A stretch of DNA of 63,072 nt, the filler included. It is 5 parts of 5 records of this genome, joined end to end, with 100 filler letters (N's around TTAATTAATTAA, not from the genome) between each part and the next. Parts side by side here need not be neighbours in the genome. Positions count along the whole stretch, not along the records: positions 29,315 to 38,828 come from SRR2962707_477; positions 38,929 to 54,588 come from SRR2962707_480; 3 more parts are not named here. One strand, written 5' to 3'. The notes under the pieces are model-generated. The model was not told the DNA's origin and searched no databases. It saw only the letters and a program-made list of their open reading frames with translations. The position numbers and the translations under genes were made by a program. Numbering within the stretch: the first letter of the stretch is position 1; every line of letters starts with the position of its first letter. Below, in pieces: positions 32,601-45,437 of the stretch.

Positions 32601-35600
32601 TTCGCCCTAGGTATCGAACCGTCCTGCTGTCAATCGCACAGTCGAAACCCAACGAGGCTGGTCTCGTATGGGAGGGTGTGCAGCGACGTGTTGACGTGAC
32701 AGCAGCGCTTGTCCTACTCGATTCGAAAGCCGCGGCAGTCAAAACGCGTGCAATTGAAGCTCTTGCAGCTGCCTGCACTATGCGGCCTGAGCATGCTGTT
32801 GCACGCATTGTTGAGAGTGGCAAGATCCAGGCCATCACTGCACAACTACAGTCCACGAACCAGGAGCAGCGCCAGGCTACGATGACAGTCATTGGTGCTT
32901 GCGCCTCAGATTCATCCGAGGCGCGAGATGTGTTGGTGCAGAATCTTCAAGTGCTTGTTCGACTGCTGCTGAGCTACTCCACTCCGGTTGTTGCCAGTGC
33001 TATCTCGGTCTTACGGCAGCTTGCCAAGCACTCAGAGGACTTCTGGCCAGAAGTGCTACGCGCTTCCAATCGAAAGCTTGTCATCGATTGCCTTGCAGGG
33101 TTGTTTGCGAGGCAGAACCTGGACCCAACGCACCGTGTGGAAGTGTCGCGACTTCTCACCGAGCTGCTGGGTCGAATCGATGTCCTTTCAGATGCAGAGC
33201 GGAACGTTGTGTCTCACACGCTGCACTCCACGTTGACGATCTTAAAGGAAACAGATGCGTCGCACGCTGACGCCACAACACAATTACATACCCTGAACCA
33301 GCTCTTGCAAAAGGTTTGCCATCGTGTATTAGAATATAAACTGTTGCATGTCTGCTGCCTTTTTTGTAAACAGTCTCACAGCGTCGCTTTCGCATCTTGG
33401 TCATAGGTCCCAAGTTGCAAAAGTCAGTTGCTGCGCTACCCGTGGTTACTCCCTCGCCTTGTGCGTGCTGCCGGTGACGATAGTGGACCTGATAGCCGTC
33501 GCGTTGGTACACAGCTACTGCGGGCCTACGTCGAGTCGCAAGCTGTGAAAAATGATTCCATTCAGCTTCTTGTCGAGGGTGGAGGCCTTGCTGATCTGCA
33601 CCACCTGCTTGAACAAAACGCCGCCAATTCGGCTTCAGGAAACGACAGTCAGGATGACGCAAGTGCAGAACATCCGCTTGTTCTTCCCGTGAAGCTTGTG
33701 GCTGAGGTGGCCGTCGGCCCCGCCAGCGTGCGACTTGAGCTTTTTGACAGCGATATCGGTCAGTGGTTGCTGCACCACGTGGGAGCAGTTTTTTCAGTGC
33801 TCATCGGTGTCAAAGATACTGGTGATGACGACAATGACGACGACGATACAGCTGCCCCTCAAGCTTTTCAGCAGAATACGGCCGTGGCACAGGCCATCTT
33901 CAAACCGTGCGTGGAGGCGTTGTGCGGGCTTGCTGCTGTTGGGTCCTTGCGCCCAAAGTTGGCTGCCAGTGCGCAGTGCGCGGAAGTTTTGTGCGCCTAC
34001 CTCTCTGTTGGCGGTGCTACAGTCGGCAACGACAAAAGTGACTTCTTTTCCGTGTACCAAAGCGTCGTCCCCGAGGTGCTTGCTACACTGCGGTACCTGG
34101 CTCCGTTCCTGGACGAAGACGGACAGAAGACACTTTCAGATTTGCTGGTGAACACAACCATCCCTTTCTTGTTGGCCCCAGTGCTGAAAGCTGGAGCAAA
34201 TGCAAGTACTGGAGATATGCAACGCCTCCATGCGGGCCTTGCAACTCTCACTCTCTTCGCGGCCTCGGGAGTCACTCCTGGGGGTGCCCTTGTTGGTGAC
34301 AGTGGCCAATTGCTGGTATCCCTTCTGCAACTTGTGGCATCGCAGCCAACAACTCCCGCTGCTTTCCGAGCACTGAAACTTGTCCGAATGTCGCTTCTCT
34401 CGTCTCCTGGACAGTTTGCATCAGAAGTACTCGCTCGTGGTGGTGTTGATCGTTTGGGGTCTGCGTTGGCCAAGGCCAAGCGCGGTGGGAGCCACGAAAC
34501 TGTGCGTGAAGTCCTGCGCACAATCCGCATCCTCTGCACCCAGGCCGTGGCAGTTGAGTACTTCGTTGATGGCAAAAGCCCAGCGGTTTATGGCATTATT
34601 CGGTCTCTGGCCAACGCGAAAACGGCACCTGAGACTCCACAAGCGAACAACTCCGAGACAGCAGCCTTTATTGTGGGGTTGATTGGAAAAGATGTACGCA
34701 GCCGCACGGAAGAGCGGCTTGCTGCTCAGAAAAAGGTCAACAATAGTGGAGCTCCTCCTGCCATTGGATCACCGGTTGTGCATCAGATTAACAAGGAGCC
34801 TGCCCCTCCAAGCTATCGAGGAAGTGCCGCCCCGACCTCCACCCGACCATACCCGTCGCGTGCAGTTGCGACCGTGGCAGCGTATCCTCCAGCTTCTGTC
34901 CGTGGAGCCAGCTCGACAACGCCTGCCCCCCCATCGTATGCACCGCCACCGTCGCACGCACCCCCTCCAGCGCCAACGAAAAAGCCCGAGGTTCGCGTGA
35001 CCGCCCCCAAAACGTCGTTCATGAAACCGCATCAACCGCTGGCAGCTCGCTCGCCAAGCGATCCGACACCGGCTGCAGGAAGCACATCGCGCGGGGCTGG
35101 GGCTTCTGTGGCCACGGTGCAAGTACCGGCACTCAACATTGGTGACTCAGCGAACAGTCCCAACGATCCACCCCCACCCCCAGCATCGTCTGCATCTGCT
35201 TCACAAGGTCCGTCGTATCCGGCCGGAGATTCATCGGGGCCAACCCTCCCTAAGCCATACAAGGCGCCTCTGCCGGATGGATCATCGTCGTCCTCTTCCG
35301 GGACCACTGCGTCCGCCAATCTTGGACCACCAAAGTATGAGCCACCGCCGTCATTCTCGCGTTCGTCCACTGTGTCTGCTCCAGTAGGCACCGGGCTTCC
35401 TGCGCCTGCTGGTTCCTACCATCAGCCTCGCGAACCCCCGCGTTTCTATCAGGACCCTGCCGAACAATCGCAGTCATTGCAGCATGACCCCTACGGGCAA
35501 AGCGATCCATATGGTCCCCACGGAGCGTACGAGGCCAGCACGCATGACCCGTATGAAAGCGCACCTGCACCAGCAGCTGGCTCGTCAAGCAACGTCGAAC

Positions 35601-36796
35601 CGGGTGATTCGGAAGATATGCGCAGTCTGCTTGCGTTGGGATTTGACCGTGACCAATGTGCGATCGCCTTGGCTCAAACTGATGGAAAAGTAGACCAGGC
35701 TGCTGCCATCCTGTTTGGTGAAGAAATTGATCCAGATGGCGGTGGTGGAAGTGCCGCCGCTGCAGCCTCCGTCCCGGCCGATCCTGATGATGGTCTGCCC
35801 CTTGAGGTGCCCACCTTTGACGAAGGGGTGCGCATGAATGGTCTTCTGATGAAACGCTCTGCCCACTTGAAGCAATGGCGACAACGCTTCTTGGTTTTGA
35901 AAGGCAACCGCCTGTAAGTTTCGAATTTTGTGACTTTCCTCGCCAAACGACCCGTGCTTGCCTGAAATGCTTGCCTTCTCACTTGTGATCTGGAATATCG
36001 TGCTAGGTACTCGTTCAAGAACAAAGGTGAGTACGAAATTTCGGCGGCGGCTGATCGCCCAGACCTCCACAATGTGTACAAGATTGTGCCAGGGACTACG
36101 GTCGGCGAAGTGAACGAAAAGCCCAATAGCTTTCAAATCACGCTGGGTCCTGGCGCTCTAGAGCCTGATAGTGGGGAAGGTGCTGCCGCTTCTGGAAAAC
36201 CAAAGCCTAAGTCAACAGAAACCGAGCTGTTCCTGGCCGCCACTGACGCCGGGCTTCGGAAGCGCTGGATGGACGCAATTCGCAAAGTTGTTACTGACCT
36301 CGCGGCAGTTGCTGATACCAAGGAGGCAGTGGAAATGCGGGAGAAGGTTGGTGTTGCCTCCAAGGTCGTTTGTGTCGTTTGTGTTACCGAGTTGTCTTCA
36401 GTGATTTGACATGTTTCCGTTCGCTGGTGCGTCCAGGTGAACAATCTGCGAGCAGTTGTAGGAAACAGCCGCGACGCGTGTATGGCAGCACTGACACAGT
36501 GTGGTGGTGACTTCCACGCTGCGCTAGACATTCTGCTTGCACAAGGTGACAGTGGCGCCCCAGCTCCGTCGTCAGGGGGCAGTAGCTCTGCCGCAAACAG
36601 AGCCAGTAGCAGTGCCGTGGAGACGAAAGATGACGAAATGTATCCGTCACTGGACACCCGCATTACCACGATCACCCTCCCGATGGACGCGCACCCGGGC
36701 AAGTCAATTGAGGTTTCTGCTCCCGATGGAAGCAAATACAACATCGTTGTTCCAGAAGGCAAGCGAGGTGGAGACAAAATCAAGATGAGATATTAA
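29677..36796 (+). CDS. Large multidomain eukaryotic protein (about 2,251 aa): 2x WW, Tudor-like, ARM repeats, Pro-rich, UBA, PH, UBA-like, C-terminal beta domain
   Basis: Exons 29677-32522, 32611-33313, 33407-35913, 36007-36346 and 36437-36796 (GT-AG introns of 88-93 nt; 6756 nt, in frame). WW: LPRGWDE...YYVNH..RQTSW and LPPGWEQ...FFINH..TTWTDP. UBA: LLALGFDRDQCAIALAQTDGKVDQAAAIL. PH: GLLMKRSAHLKQWRQRFLVLKG...LFLAA...RWMDAIR. Confidence 0.85.
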
Positions 36797-37220
36797 TTAA
36801 TAAAATCTTTTTTACTAAAATTGAATTAAAACATGAAGGCACTGGTCGAATGTCTGCAAAGTCAATAACCTTTGCTTTTATTTTTTCTCAAACAAGTCTC
36901 ATTTTTCTCAACCACAGCAGTCCCTGGCATTCAACCACCGATTTCACTCAAGGAATCAATCGTCCACCTTCCATCAGCGCCATTATTTGAGTTCCCGTGA
37001 TTGAAACACAAAATTGTCTTGATTTCACTCTGTGCCCAGGAGCTGCCCAAATGTGAATGTATTTGTTCCAGTGTCCGCTGTCATGATGCCGTTAAAACTG
37101 CAACAACATGTCATACGCAAAAGTACCCATCAATGATTCCCAGTTGCTGCAAAGCACATTGATATCAAGACATGAAGACATAGAGTAAACCAGGGAGGCG
37201 TGAATGGCCACCGCGCAATC

Positions 37221-38828
37221 TTACAGCACGATTGGCATTCCTGTCTCTGCGTCAAGCAGTACCTGGGGTCGTTCGCGCCGTTTTAACATAACAGTACCAT
37301 TCTTGACACAAAGAAGCACACGGCCCGCCGTGCATCGCGTGCAGATATCAAGGAGCACAGAAGTGAGGTGCAGAACCCTTGTGCATGAGAGTACGTCTTT
37401 CTTCGTCAAACATAAAAAAATTGGATCGCTTACGTCTGCGAGAAACAGCTCATCGGTGTACGCTGGGGCGAGGGCATACTGCCAAGGGTCATGTAAGCTT
37501 GTAGTGTAGGCATGGCCTGTAAGCAGAGAATAGGCTTCCAAACATAACTTCATCGGCAAAACCAAGCTATGTTTGGAAGGTTGGCCATAGTACCTGGATG
37601 ACCCACGTCACTACTTCAAAACGCACCGCCACTGACAATCGACTCGCGGTCTGATGGAGTCATTCGATGTGTGAGGGCGTGGATTGATCCATCAGGCTGT
37701 TGCCAAATGAAAACGTCCTCGTTTGTAATATTGTCCGCATAGAACCTTGGAAAAGAAACGTCAGGAAAATCACTGCACAGTTATTTGTGGGATGAGTTCT
37801 TATTGAATAATAGAAACCCGGGCGGAAAATATTTGGCCATGACTTGCATTTTTGACAGGAGAGAGCTACAAACGTACTCAGCAAAAACGTTTATGCTTTG
37901 AAGTGTGTATGGGCCGCGCCAATGAGGAGCAGTCGCAATGCTTGCCTCTGTATTGTTATCTGGCCCTTTAAACATCAGAGTGACTGAACCGTTTGCGCTA
38001 TGAACGGGGGACACATTCTGCGAGCCCAGCTATTCGTACATATATGTGCAGAGAAAGAATGACATAAATTCTGAGCACATACACTGTCCAACATTGAGCG
38101 AGTTAGACCTGTGCTCACTGGTTAAGCATAGTTGGACAGCTCCTGGGCAACAATCCAATAAAGTTTTGAGCAAGCTGTGCACAATGACTTTTCTGGAAAC
38201 AGAAACGCACCCTCCCCCGTGTTATGTTGCCGAGCACATCAACATGCGCTTCCCATGGACCGTCGAGGCTTGTGCTACTGTAAACAGTTGTGGTCCATTG
38301 CGATGCTGCTCCCCCCGGGCAAATCAGTGGACCAGAATGTGGAGGTGAGCAACCTTGTGTTTCAGGAGGCGCAGGGCACCCGCACGTCCACAGCAACCAC
38401 GTGCCATCGACAGGATCTCTTGACAGAACCGGGTTGTGGGCTTCAGTGGGCACAGCAGTACCGACTCGGGTGAACGGGCCCAGCGGGCTGCCCGAGTATG
38501 TTACACCATGGGCAACCTGACTTTTGTACGTCCACACTCCAAGGCCGCACTCAAACGCCATTTCTGCAGCGAACAAGTGGAAAACACTTGAATTGGTGGG
38601 ATCACGAACGACGCTTCCTCCCCAGCGGGTCCAATTGGCTGCTGGGAAGAGGAGAGGAGCGACGTCAGCCGATGAATTGAGGGGGATGAGATTCAGCGCT
38701 GCGCACGCCGGCCCGCGAGTCCACGGCTGGCATTCGCAAGTCCCGTTGGAAAGGCATTGCCCAGCGAGAGAGCAGGCATACGGATCACTTTGTGAGCACG
38801 CCGCTCCTCCTCCTCCTCCTCCTCCTCC
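37221..38828 (-). CDS. Partial multi-exon gene: EGF-like Cys module + five-bladed beta-propeller glycosidase-like domain (GH43/GH32-clan-like)
   Basis: Read from the contig end: CSQSDPYACSLAGQCLSNGTCECQPWTRGPAC...WGGSVVRD...FHLFAAEMAFECGLGVW...GPF...AHNP, later RRERPQVLLD. 5' end lies beyond the contig; the 3' end may extend further through another intron. Confidence 0.6.
38805..38828 (+). repeat. (CCT)n microsatellite at contig end (poly-Gly on minus strand)
   Basis: Tandem CCT/TCC units run up to the spacer. Confidence 0.85.
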
Positions 38829-38928
38829 NNNNNNNNNNNNNNNNNNNNNNNNNNNNNNNNNNNNNNNNNNNNTTAATTAATTAANNNNNNNNNNNNNNNN
38901 NNNNNNNNNNNNNNNNNNNNNNNNNNNN
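38829..38928. other. Artificial contig spacer
   Basis: 44 N + TTAATTAATTAA + 44 N. Confidence 0.99.
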
Positions 38929-39969
38929 CAGCAGCGGGTTCAGCCAGATCAGGCGGCGGGCGCGGCGGTGGAGGCGGGCGATTTCAGGCTCGACACCTTC
39001 ACCTGCGTCGCGGTCGAGGCCGTCCGTTACCAGCAGCACGGTCGCGCCCTGGCCCAGCACGCGGCGGGCCCAATCTACGTTGAAGCGGTGCAGCGTTTCC
39101 CCGATGCGGGTGCCGCCGTCCCAATCTTCGACGCGGGTGGAGACGCGGGCGAGGGCTTCGTCCACGTCACGGTGTTTCAGCTCGCGGGTGACGTTCGTCA
39201 GGCGAGTGCCGAAGAGGAAGACGTGGACGCGGTCACGGTCGTTCGTCAGCGCGTGGAGGAAGTGGAGGAAGACACGGGCATAGGCCGACATGGAGCCCGA
39301 GATGTCGCAAAGGACGACGAGCGGCGGGCGGCGGCGGAGATGGTCGCGGCGCCTCAGCGGGATGACGCCGCCGGAGCGCAGCGTGGCGCGGAGCGTCGCG
39401 CGCATATCGACCATGTGGCCGCGCGTGGCGGGGCGCGTGCGCCGGGTGCGGGCTTCGTCGAAGGTCAGACGGAGGCGGGCTATGGCGGATTTGGCCTCTG
39501 CGAGCTCGGCGACCGACATCTGCTCGAAGTCCTTGGTGCGCAGAAGCTCATCGCCGGAAAAGGTTTCGCTGCGGTCGATCTCGATATCGGGCTCGTCATC
39601 GAGGCGGGGGGTGCTATCGCCGAACAGCGCCTCGGCGAGGCGACGGCTTTTCTCCTCTTCGCTCGCGCCGGGCGGCGTTTCGATCTCCGGGAGCATCAGC
39701 GACATCATCTTGTCGAGGAGGCGCGGGTTGCGCCAGAAGACATGGAACGCCTGATCGAAGATTTCGTGTTCCTCGTGGCGCTTCACCAACGTCGCGTGGA
39801 GCGTCCAGTAGAAGTCCTTGCGCGTGCCGATGCCCGCCGTTTCGACGGCCTCCACGGCGTCTAGTACCTGACGCGGGCCGACGCGGAGACCGGCGCGGCG
39901 CAGCACGCGCGCGAAATGCAGGATGTTTTCGGCGAGGCGGCCATGATTTTTCGCAGGGCGGTTTGGCAT
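38929..39969 (-). CDS. coxE: VWA-domain CoxE-like protein (3'-truncated by contig end)
   Basis: FARVLRRAGL, MIDAS motif DISGSM, FGTRLT, GGTRIG, VTDGLD and IWLNPLL; ATG at 39969. Confidence 0.88.
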
Positions 39970-39970
39970 T

Positions 39971-40882
39971 CTACTCCGCCGCCTGCGACGCCATCCGGAT
40001 TTCTTCCAGGATGCGCGCGGCCTCGCTGCCCGCGACGCGGGCAATGTCGTCCTGATATTTGAGAAGCGCGCCCAGCGTGTCGTTGACCGACTGCTTGTCG
40101 AGGGAGACGGCGTCGAGCGCCGTGAGCGCTTCCGCCCAGTCGAGCGTTTCGGCGATGCCGGGGTTTTTGTAGAGGTCGAGGGCGCGCAGCTTTTGCACGA
40201 AAGCGACGATGTCGCGGGAGAGTTTCTCCGGCGTGGCCGGCGCTTTCAGCTTCAGGATCGCGAGTTCGCGTTCCGCGTCCGGGTAGTCGACCCAGTGATA
40301 GAGGCAGCGGCGTTTCAGCGCGTCGTGGATTTCTCGCGTGCGGTTCGAGGTCACGATGACGATGGGCGGATGCTCCGCCTTGATGGTCCCGATCTCGGGG
40401 ACGCTGACCTGGAAATCCGACAGGACTTCGAGGAGATAGGCCTCGAAGGGTTCGTCGGTGCGGTCGAGTTCGTCGATCAGCAGGACGGGCGGTCCTTCGA
40501 CGGCGGGTTCGAGCGCCTGCAGGATCGGTCGGCGGATGAGGAAGCGCTCAGAGAAGACGTCCTTGCCGAGCTCGGAGCGGTCCTCGACGCCTTGCGCCTC
40601 GGCGAGACGGATCTCGATCATCTGGGCCTGATAGTTCCACTCGTAGACGGCGGCGCCGGTGTCGAGGCCCTCGTAACACTGAAGGCGGATGAGGCGGCGG
40701 CCGAGCGCATCGGCGAGCACTTTCGCGATTTCGGTCTTGCCGACACCCGCCTCGCCTTCGAGTAGAAGCGGGCGGCCCATCTTGAGCGCGAGGAAGATCA
40801 CGGTCGCGAGCGAACGGTCAGCGACGTAATTGCCGCGCGCAAGCAGGTCGACGGTTTCGTCGATGTTGGCAGGTAGGGTCAT
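39971..40882 (-). CDS. coxD: MoxR-family AAA+ ATPase, CoxD-like
   Basis: EGEAGVGKT, RLQCYEGLD, LLIDELDR and ALKRRCLYHW; ends in TAG. Confidence 0.9.
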   Translation of the reverse strand: MTLPANIDETVDLLARGNYVADRSLATVIFLALKMGRPLLLEGEAGVGKTEIAKVLADALGRRLIRLQCYEGLDTGAAVYEWNYQAQMIEIRLAEAQGVEDRSELGKDVFSERFLIRRPILQALEPAVEGPPVLLIDELDRTDEPFEAYLLEVLSDFQVSVPEIGTIKAEHPPIVIVTSNRTREIHDALKRRCLYHWVDYPDAERELAILKLKAPATPEKLSRDIVAFVQKLRALDLYKNPGIAETLDWAEALTALDAVSLDKQSVNDTLGALLKYQDDIARVAGSEAARILEEIRMASQAAE

Positions 40883-40918
40883 GGGCTCAATCCAGGCCGG
40901 AGCGGGCTCGTCGTCAAG

Positions 40919-41716
40919 TCAGCCTGCCGCCGCGACGGCGCGCTTTGCCATGACGGTGACGAGATGGGCGCGGTATTCGGCGCTGCCGTGGAGATCGCTG
41001 TTGATGCCCTTGGCGGGGAGTTTGATGTTTGCGACTGCGTCGGGCGACCAGTTTTTTGTGAGCGCCTCTTCCATTTCGGCAACGCGAAAGACGCCGTTCT
41101 GGCCCGCGCCGGTGACAGCGACGCGAACGCCCCAGGGGCCTTTCGACACGAAGACGCCGACCATGGCGTAGCGCGAGGCCGGATTGCGGAATTTCATGTA
41201 GGCGGCTTTCTCCGGGTGCGGGAAGGTCACTTCCTTGATGATCTCGCCGTCCTGAAGCGCGGTTTCGAACATGCCCTTGAAGAATTCGTCGGCCTCGATG
41301 AGGCGTTTGGTGGTGTGGATTTTCGCGTCGAGGCCGAGGCAGGCGGCGGGATAGTCCGCCGCCGGGTCGTTGTTTGCGATGGAGCCGCCGAGCGTTCCCA
41401 TGTGGCGGACGGCGGGGTCGCCGATCCAGCCTGCGAGCGCGGCAAGGGCGGGATTGTGCTTCTTCACCTCCGGCGAGGCGGCGACCGTCGCGTGGCGGGT
41501 CGCGGCGCCGATCATGACGGCGTCGCCTTCGGCGCGGATGAAGTCGAGTTCCTTGATGCCGCCGATGTCGATTACGTCGCTCGGCATGGCGAGGCGCTGT
41601 TTCAGCGTCGGGATCAGCGTCTGGCCGCCTGCGAGAATTTTCGGATCGTCCGCCTTGCCGAGCAGGGCTTCGGCGTCCGCCAATGTCTTCGGGCGTTCAT
41701 AGTTGAACTGGTACAT
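40919..41716 (-). CDS. coxM: Molybdenum hydroxylase FAD-binding subunit, CoxM-like
   Basis: LAGGQTLIP, IGDPAVRHMGTLGGS and DPAAD; ATG at 41716. Confidence 0.9.
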   Translation of the reverse strand: MYQFNYERPKTLADAEALLGKADDPKILAGGQTLIPTLKQRLAMPSDVIDIGGIKELDFIRAEGDAVMIGAATRHATVAASPEVKKHNPALAALAGWIGDPAVRHMGTLGGSIANNDPAADYPAACLGLDAKIHTTKRLIEADEFFKGMFETALQDGEIIKEVTFPHPEKAAYMKFRNPASRYAMVGVFVSKGPWGVRVAVTGAGQNGVFRVAEMEEALTKNWSPDAVANIKLPAKGINSDLHGSAEYRAHLVTVMAKRAVAAAG

Positions 41717-41726
41717 GAGGCTCTCC

Positions 41727-44108
41727 TTATTCGGCGGCGGCGCGCGGGGCGGCGGACTGAAGCGCCTCCCATACGCGCGCGGGCGTTGCGGGCATTTCGA
41801 TGTCACGGACGCCGAGGGCGTCGGTCACGGCATTGATGATGGCGGGTGGTGAGGCGATGGCGCCTGCTTCGCCGCAGCCTTTCATGCCGAGGGGATTGGA
41901 CGGACTGAGGGTCTTGGTGAAGCCGAGGGTGAAGTTCGGCAGGTCATCTGCGCGGGGCATGCAATAGTCCATGTAGGAGCCGGTGACGAGCTGGCCGGAA
42001 TCCGGATCGTAGATGCCGTGTTCCAGCAGCGCCTGTCCGATGCCTTGCGCGATGCCGCCATGCACCTGGCCTTCGACGATCATCGGATTGATGACGGTGC
42101 CGAAATCGTCGACGGCGACGAATTTCACGATCCTGGTAATGCCGGTGTCGGGATCGATCTCGACCTCGCAGATATGGCAGCCGGAGGGAAAGGTGAAATT
42201 GGTCGGGTCGTAGAACGCGCCTTCCTTGAGGCCGGGTTCGATTTCGCCGGCGGGGAAACCATGCGCGGTGTAGGCGGCGAGCGAAAGCTCCGCCCAGGCG
42301 AGCGATTTGTCGGTGCCCTGCACGGTGAAGGTGCCGTTCTCGAAGACGATGTCCTCGACGGCGGCCTCCATCAGGTGAGCCGCGATCTTCTTTGCCTTTG
42401 TCTCGATCTTGTCGAGCGCCTTGACGATGGCGCTCATGCCGACGGCGCCGGAGCGCGAGCCGTAGGTGCCCATGCCGAACTGCACCTTGTCGGTGTCGCC
42501 ATGAACGATCTCGACGTTATCGAGCGGCACGCCGAGGCGCGAGGCGACAAGCTGCGCGAAGGTCGTCTCGTGACCTTGCCCATGACTGTGGGAGCCGGTG
42601 AGGACTTCGATGTTGCCGGTCGGGTTCACGCGCACTTCGGCGCTCTCCCAGAGGCCGACGCCCGCGCCGAGCGAGCCGACGGCGGCGGACGGCGCGAGGC
42701 CGCAAGCCTCGATGTAGGAGGAGAATCCGATGCCCCGCAGTTTGCCACGCGATGCCGCTTCGGATTTCCGCGCCGGGAAGCCGTTGTAGTCGATCGCCTT
42801 GAGGGCGGCTTCGAGTGAGGCTTCGTAGTCGCCCGCGTCGTAGTTCATGATGACGGGTGTCTGGTGGGGGAAGGCGCGGATGTAGTTGCGGCGGCGAATT
42901 TCCACCGGGTCGATGCCGGTTTCGCGAGCTGCCGTTTCGACGATGCGCTCAACGAGGTAGGTCGCTTCCGGGCGTCCCGCGCCGCGATAGGCGTCGACGG
43001 GCGCGGTGTGCGTGTAGACGCCATCGACCTCGACATAGATTGCCGGGATGTCGTATTGGCCGGAAAGCAGCGTGCCGTAGAGATAGGTCGGGACGGACGC
43101 CGAGAAGGTCGAGAGATAGGCGCCGAGATTGGCGACGGTCTTGACGCGAAGGCCGAGGAATTTTCCGTCCTTGTCGAGCGCGAGTTCGGCGTGGCTCAGA
43201 TGATCGCGGCCATGTGCGTCGGACAGGAAGGCTTCGGAGCGGTCGCCGGTCCATTTGATGGGGCGGCCGACTTTCGCCGCGGCCCAGACGCAGGCTGTTT
43301 CCTCTGAGTAGATGAAAATCTTCGAGCCAAAGCCGCCACCGACATCCGGCGCGATGACGCGGAGCTTGTGTTCCGGCGCGACGCCGACAAAGGCCGAGAG
43401 GACGAGGCGGGCGACATGCGGGTTCTGGCTGGTGGTATGGAGCGTGTAGATGCCCGAGCCCTTGTCGTATTCGCCGATGGCGGCGCGAGGCTCCATCGCG
43501 TTCGGGATCAGGCGGTTGTTCTTGAGGTCGATCTTGACGACACGGTCCGCTTTCGCGAAGGCAGCTTCCGTTTCCGCCTTGTTGCCGAGTTCCCATTCGA
43601 AGCAGGTGTTGCGCGGCGCTTCGGCGTGAACTTGTGCAGTTTTTCCGTCTTGGCAGGTTGAGAGTGAGACGGCGGCTGGCAGGGCCTCGTAGTCCACATC
43701 GATCAACTCAGCGGCGGCGCGGGCATCGGCGAGCGTTTCGGCAACGACCATGGCCACGTGATCGCCGACATAGCGCACCGTATCGAGGGCGAGGATCGGA
43801 TGCGGCCCCACCTTCATGGGCGTGCCATCCTTCGACGAGACAGTCCAGCCGCAGATCAGGCCGCCAAGACCGTCATCGGCGACATGTTTTCCGGTGAAGA
43901 TCGCAACGACGCCCGAGGCTGCTGCGGCAGCGGAGGTGTCTATCGATTTGATGCGGGCATGGGCGTGGGGCGAGCGGAGAAAATAGGCCCAGGTCTGGCG
44001 GGCGCGGGCGATGTCGTCGGTGTAGTGGCCGTTGCCCGTGATGAAGCGGAAATCCTCCTTGCGGCGGACCGGCTGGCCGATGCCTTCTCCAATGACTGCG
44101 TCGGACAT
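41727..44108 (-). CDS. coxL: Molybdopterin-binding large subunit, form II CoxL-like
   Basis: [18 protein letters not shown] (form II signature), [22 protein letters not shown] and KGCGEAG. Confidence 0.9.
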   Translation of the reverse strand: MSDAVIGEGIGQPVRRKEDFRFITGNGHYTDDIARARQTWAYFLRSPHAHARIKSIDTSAAAAASGVVAIFTGKHVADDGLGGLICGWTVSSKDGTPMKVGPHPILALDTVRYVGDHVAMVVAETLADARAAAELIDVDYEALPAAVSLSTCQDGKTAQVHAEAPRNTCFEWELGNKAETEAAFAKADRVVKIDLKNNRLIPNAMEPRAAIGEYDKGSGIYTLHTTSQNPHVARLVLSAFVGVAPEHKLRVIAPDVGGGFGSKIFIYSEETACVWAAAKVGRPIKWTGDRSEAFLSDAHGRDHLSHAELALDKDGKFLGLRVKTVANLGAYLSTFSASVPTYLYGTLLSGQYDIPAIYVEVDGVYTHTAPVDAYRGAGRPEATYLVERIVETAARETGIDPVEIRRRNYIRAFPHQTPVIMNYDAGDYEASLEAALKAIDYNGFPARKSEAASRGKLRGIGFSSYIEACGLAPSAAVGSLGAGVGLWESAEVRVNPTGNIEVLTGSHSHGQGHETTFAQLVASRLGVPLDNVEIVHGDTDKVQFGMGTYGSRSGAVGMSAIVKALDKIETKAKKIAAHLMEAAVEDIVFENGTFTVQGTDKSLAWAELSLAAYTAHGFPAGEIEPGLKEGAFYDPTNFTFPSGCHICEVEIDPDTGITRIVKFVAVDDFGTVINPMIVEGQVHGGIAQGIGQALLEHGIYDPDSGQLVTGSYMDYCMPRADDLPNFTLGFTKTLSPSNPLGMKGCGEAGAIASPPAIINAVTDALGVRDIEMPATPARVWEALQSAAPRAAAE

Positions 44109-44147
44109 GAATGCCTCCTCCCCTTGAGGTTTTCTTCCGTCTTCCTC

Positions 44148-44612
<465 letters not shown>

Positions 44613-44723
44613 GCGCGTATCTCCCTGTATTGGCTTGGCCTCAAGCGGATGTGGGTTTCCGCTCTGTTTTTCAGAGTCTCGGCTCCCGGTGCGCTGCCGT
44701 CAAGCACGCGCTGGATGTCTTCG

Positions 44724-45374
44724 TCAGAAGCCGATGAACCAGAGCAGAAAGATGAGAGCGATTATCAACAGCGGGCCCCAGACCCAAGGCGAGAAACTCA
44801 TGCCGGCTTCTTCGTCCGGAACCAGCGGAACGCCAGTTGGAGAGATCGCGTCGCGGTCCGGCGATTTGGTGGGAATACCGTGTTCCATTTCGCTGATGAG
44901 TTCGGGCGTTTCGGATGTTGCGGGCTCCACCTTGCTGCCGCCGGCGAGCTTCGAGAAATTGCCGAAGAATTCTTCCGACATGCGGGCAGCGGTGGAGTCG
45001 ATGAAACGCTGGCCGATCTGCGCGAGCTTGCCACCCACCTGCGCGGTCACGGTATAGGAAAGGAGGGTGCCGCCGTCGGCTTCGGTGAGCTTGACCTTCG
45101 CCGAACCTTTGGCGAAGCCTGCCGCACCGCCATTGCCTTCGCCGGAAATCGTGTAGCCGTTCGGAGGGTCGATGTCGGTGAGTTTCACCTTGCCCTTGAA
45201 GCGCGCGCTGACGGGGCCGACCTTGGCCTTGGCGACCGCCTCGAACTCGTCATCAGCGGTCTTGTCCACGGATTCCGCACCGGGGATCGATTTCCGCAGC
45301 ACTTCCGGATCGTTGAGTGCCGCCCAGACTTCCTCTCGAGGAGCCGGAATCCTGTACTCGCCGGACATTTCCAT
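44724..45374 (-). CDS. coxG: CoxG (SRPBCC domain with C-terminal membrane anchor)
   Basis: [11 protein letters not shown]...[25 protein letters not shown] and a C-terminal TM helix. Confidence 0.9.
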   Translation of the reverse strand: MEMSGEYRIPAPREEVWAALNDPEVLRKSIPGAESVDKTADDEFEAVAKAKVGPVSARFKGKVKLTDIDPPNGYTISGEGNGGAAGFAKGSAKVKLTEADGGTLLSYTVTAQVGGKLAQIGQRFIDSTAARMSEEFFGNFSKLAGGSKVEPATSETPELISEMEHGIPTKSPDRDAISPTGVPLVPDEEAGMSFSPWVWGPLLIIALIFLLWFIGF

Positions 45375-45437
45375 CGGGGCGTCTCCTTTTTGTGGCCTCG
45401 CGCGGCGCTGTCCGGCGCTCGCGCTGTATCGGTCTTA

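Noticed and set aside
41727-44108. True aerobic carbon monoxide dehydrogenase
   Set aside because: Lacks the Cu-binding Cys of AYXCSFR; it has the form II AYRGAGR motif.
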